From Octopus vulgaris (Eukaryota): DNA of 64,000 nt. Position 1 is the stretch's first letter. Each line of letters starts with the position of its first letter. Position numbers and translations under genes: made by a program. The stretch is taken from positions 178,684,001-178,748,000 of the forward strand of contig OX597815.1 in assembly GCA_951406725.2 (NCBI GenBank), given 5' to 3'. Under the pieces are notes generated by a model. It saw only the letters and a list, made by a program, of their open reading frames with translations, was not told the origin of the DNA and made no database searches. Positions 63,223 through 64,000 of this stretch are shown piece after piece.

Positions 63223-64000
63223 GGTGCCAAGAGCACCATCCAAGCGTAATCATTGCCAGAGCAGCCAATTGGCTTCATGCCGGTGGTACATAAAAGGGCA
63301 CCAATTCAAGCATGATCACTATCAATGTCGCCTTACTGGCACCTGTGCTGGTGGCATGTGTAAAAAGATTCAAACGAGGTCATTGCCAGTACCGCCTGAC
63401 TGGCCCTCATGCCAGTGGCACGTAAAAAGCACCCACTACACTCTCGGAGTGGTTGGCGTTAGGAAGGGCATCCAGCTGTAGAAACTCTGCCAAATCAAGA
63501 TTGGAGCCTGGTGCAGCCATCTGGTTCGCCAGCCCTCAGTCAAAATCGTCCAACCCATGCTAACATGGAAAGCGGACGTTAAACGATGATGATGAGTACA
63601 ACATGGCAGCCGGTAAAGTGGCCGCTGGGGTTCTGAGGGTTAAGGTGACACCTTTTCCATCACTTATTCTAACTGTCAGTTAGTACATTTAACATGCATA
63701 TACATCAACCACATCAGTGCATTCTCTGTGACAATTAAATCTCTGGATGATATCAAAGTCATTCAACAAAAGAAAGAAAATAATGATATAATGCTCAAAA
63801 TAATTTTTTTGTAGACTCAATTTTATTTAACCAAGAGAACAGCTGTATATAAAACCACAATGTTCTGACAGAACAAGAAGGGTTTAACCCTTTAGTGTTT
63901 AAACCGGCCATATCCAGCCCAAATATTCTACAAGTTTTATATTCAAATGGGCAATATCTAGCCTCTCACACCTAACCTTCATTGACATTCTAAAAATAAA

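Overview
This is AT-rich, repeat-dense metazoan DNA, most likely from Octopus judging by the repeat families (inference). One protein-coding gene is supported: SLC35F5 on the minus strand. Its 11 coding exons run from the ATG at 36660 down to 10551, with consistent GT-AG boundaries and phases (1310 nt, about 436 codons). The stop-codon exon and the upstream 5' exon(s) were not located. The rest is mostly tRNA-derived SINEs, 5'-truncated RTE, CR1/L2 and R4-Dong LINE ends, piggyBac-type and hAT-type MITEs, a solo LTR and satellites. The most striking signal is a set of minimal type-I hammerhead ribozyme (HHR) motifs of the Penelope-like-element kind, in about four sequence contexts. They include a repeated foldback element whose two arms each carry a tRNA-like Pol III head, (AAT)n, a hammerhead and a tail, joined head-to-head; one copy has an intact core at 23641-23688. 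Also notable are a minisatellite apparently born from a SINE end, a (TA)n-spaced satellite closed by an inverted unit, a CAGCAG tandem acceptor, a uORF overlapping the start codon, and several codons where A-to-I editing would restore the vertebrate residue. Repeat boundaries are read by eye and approximate.
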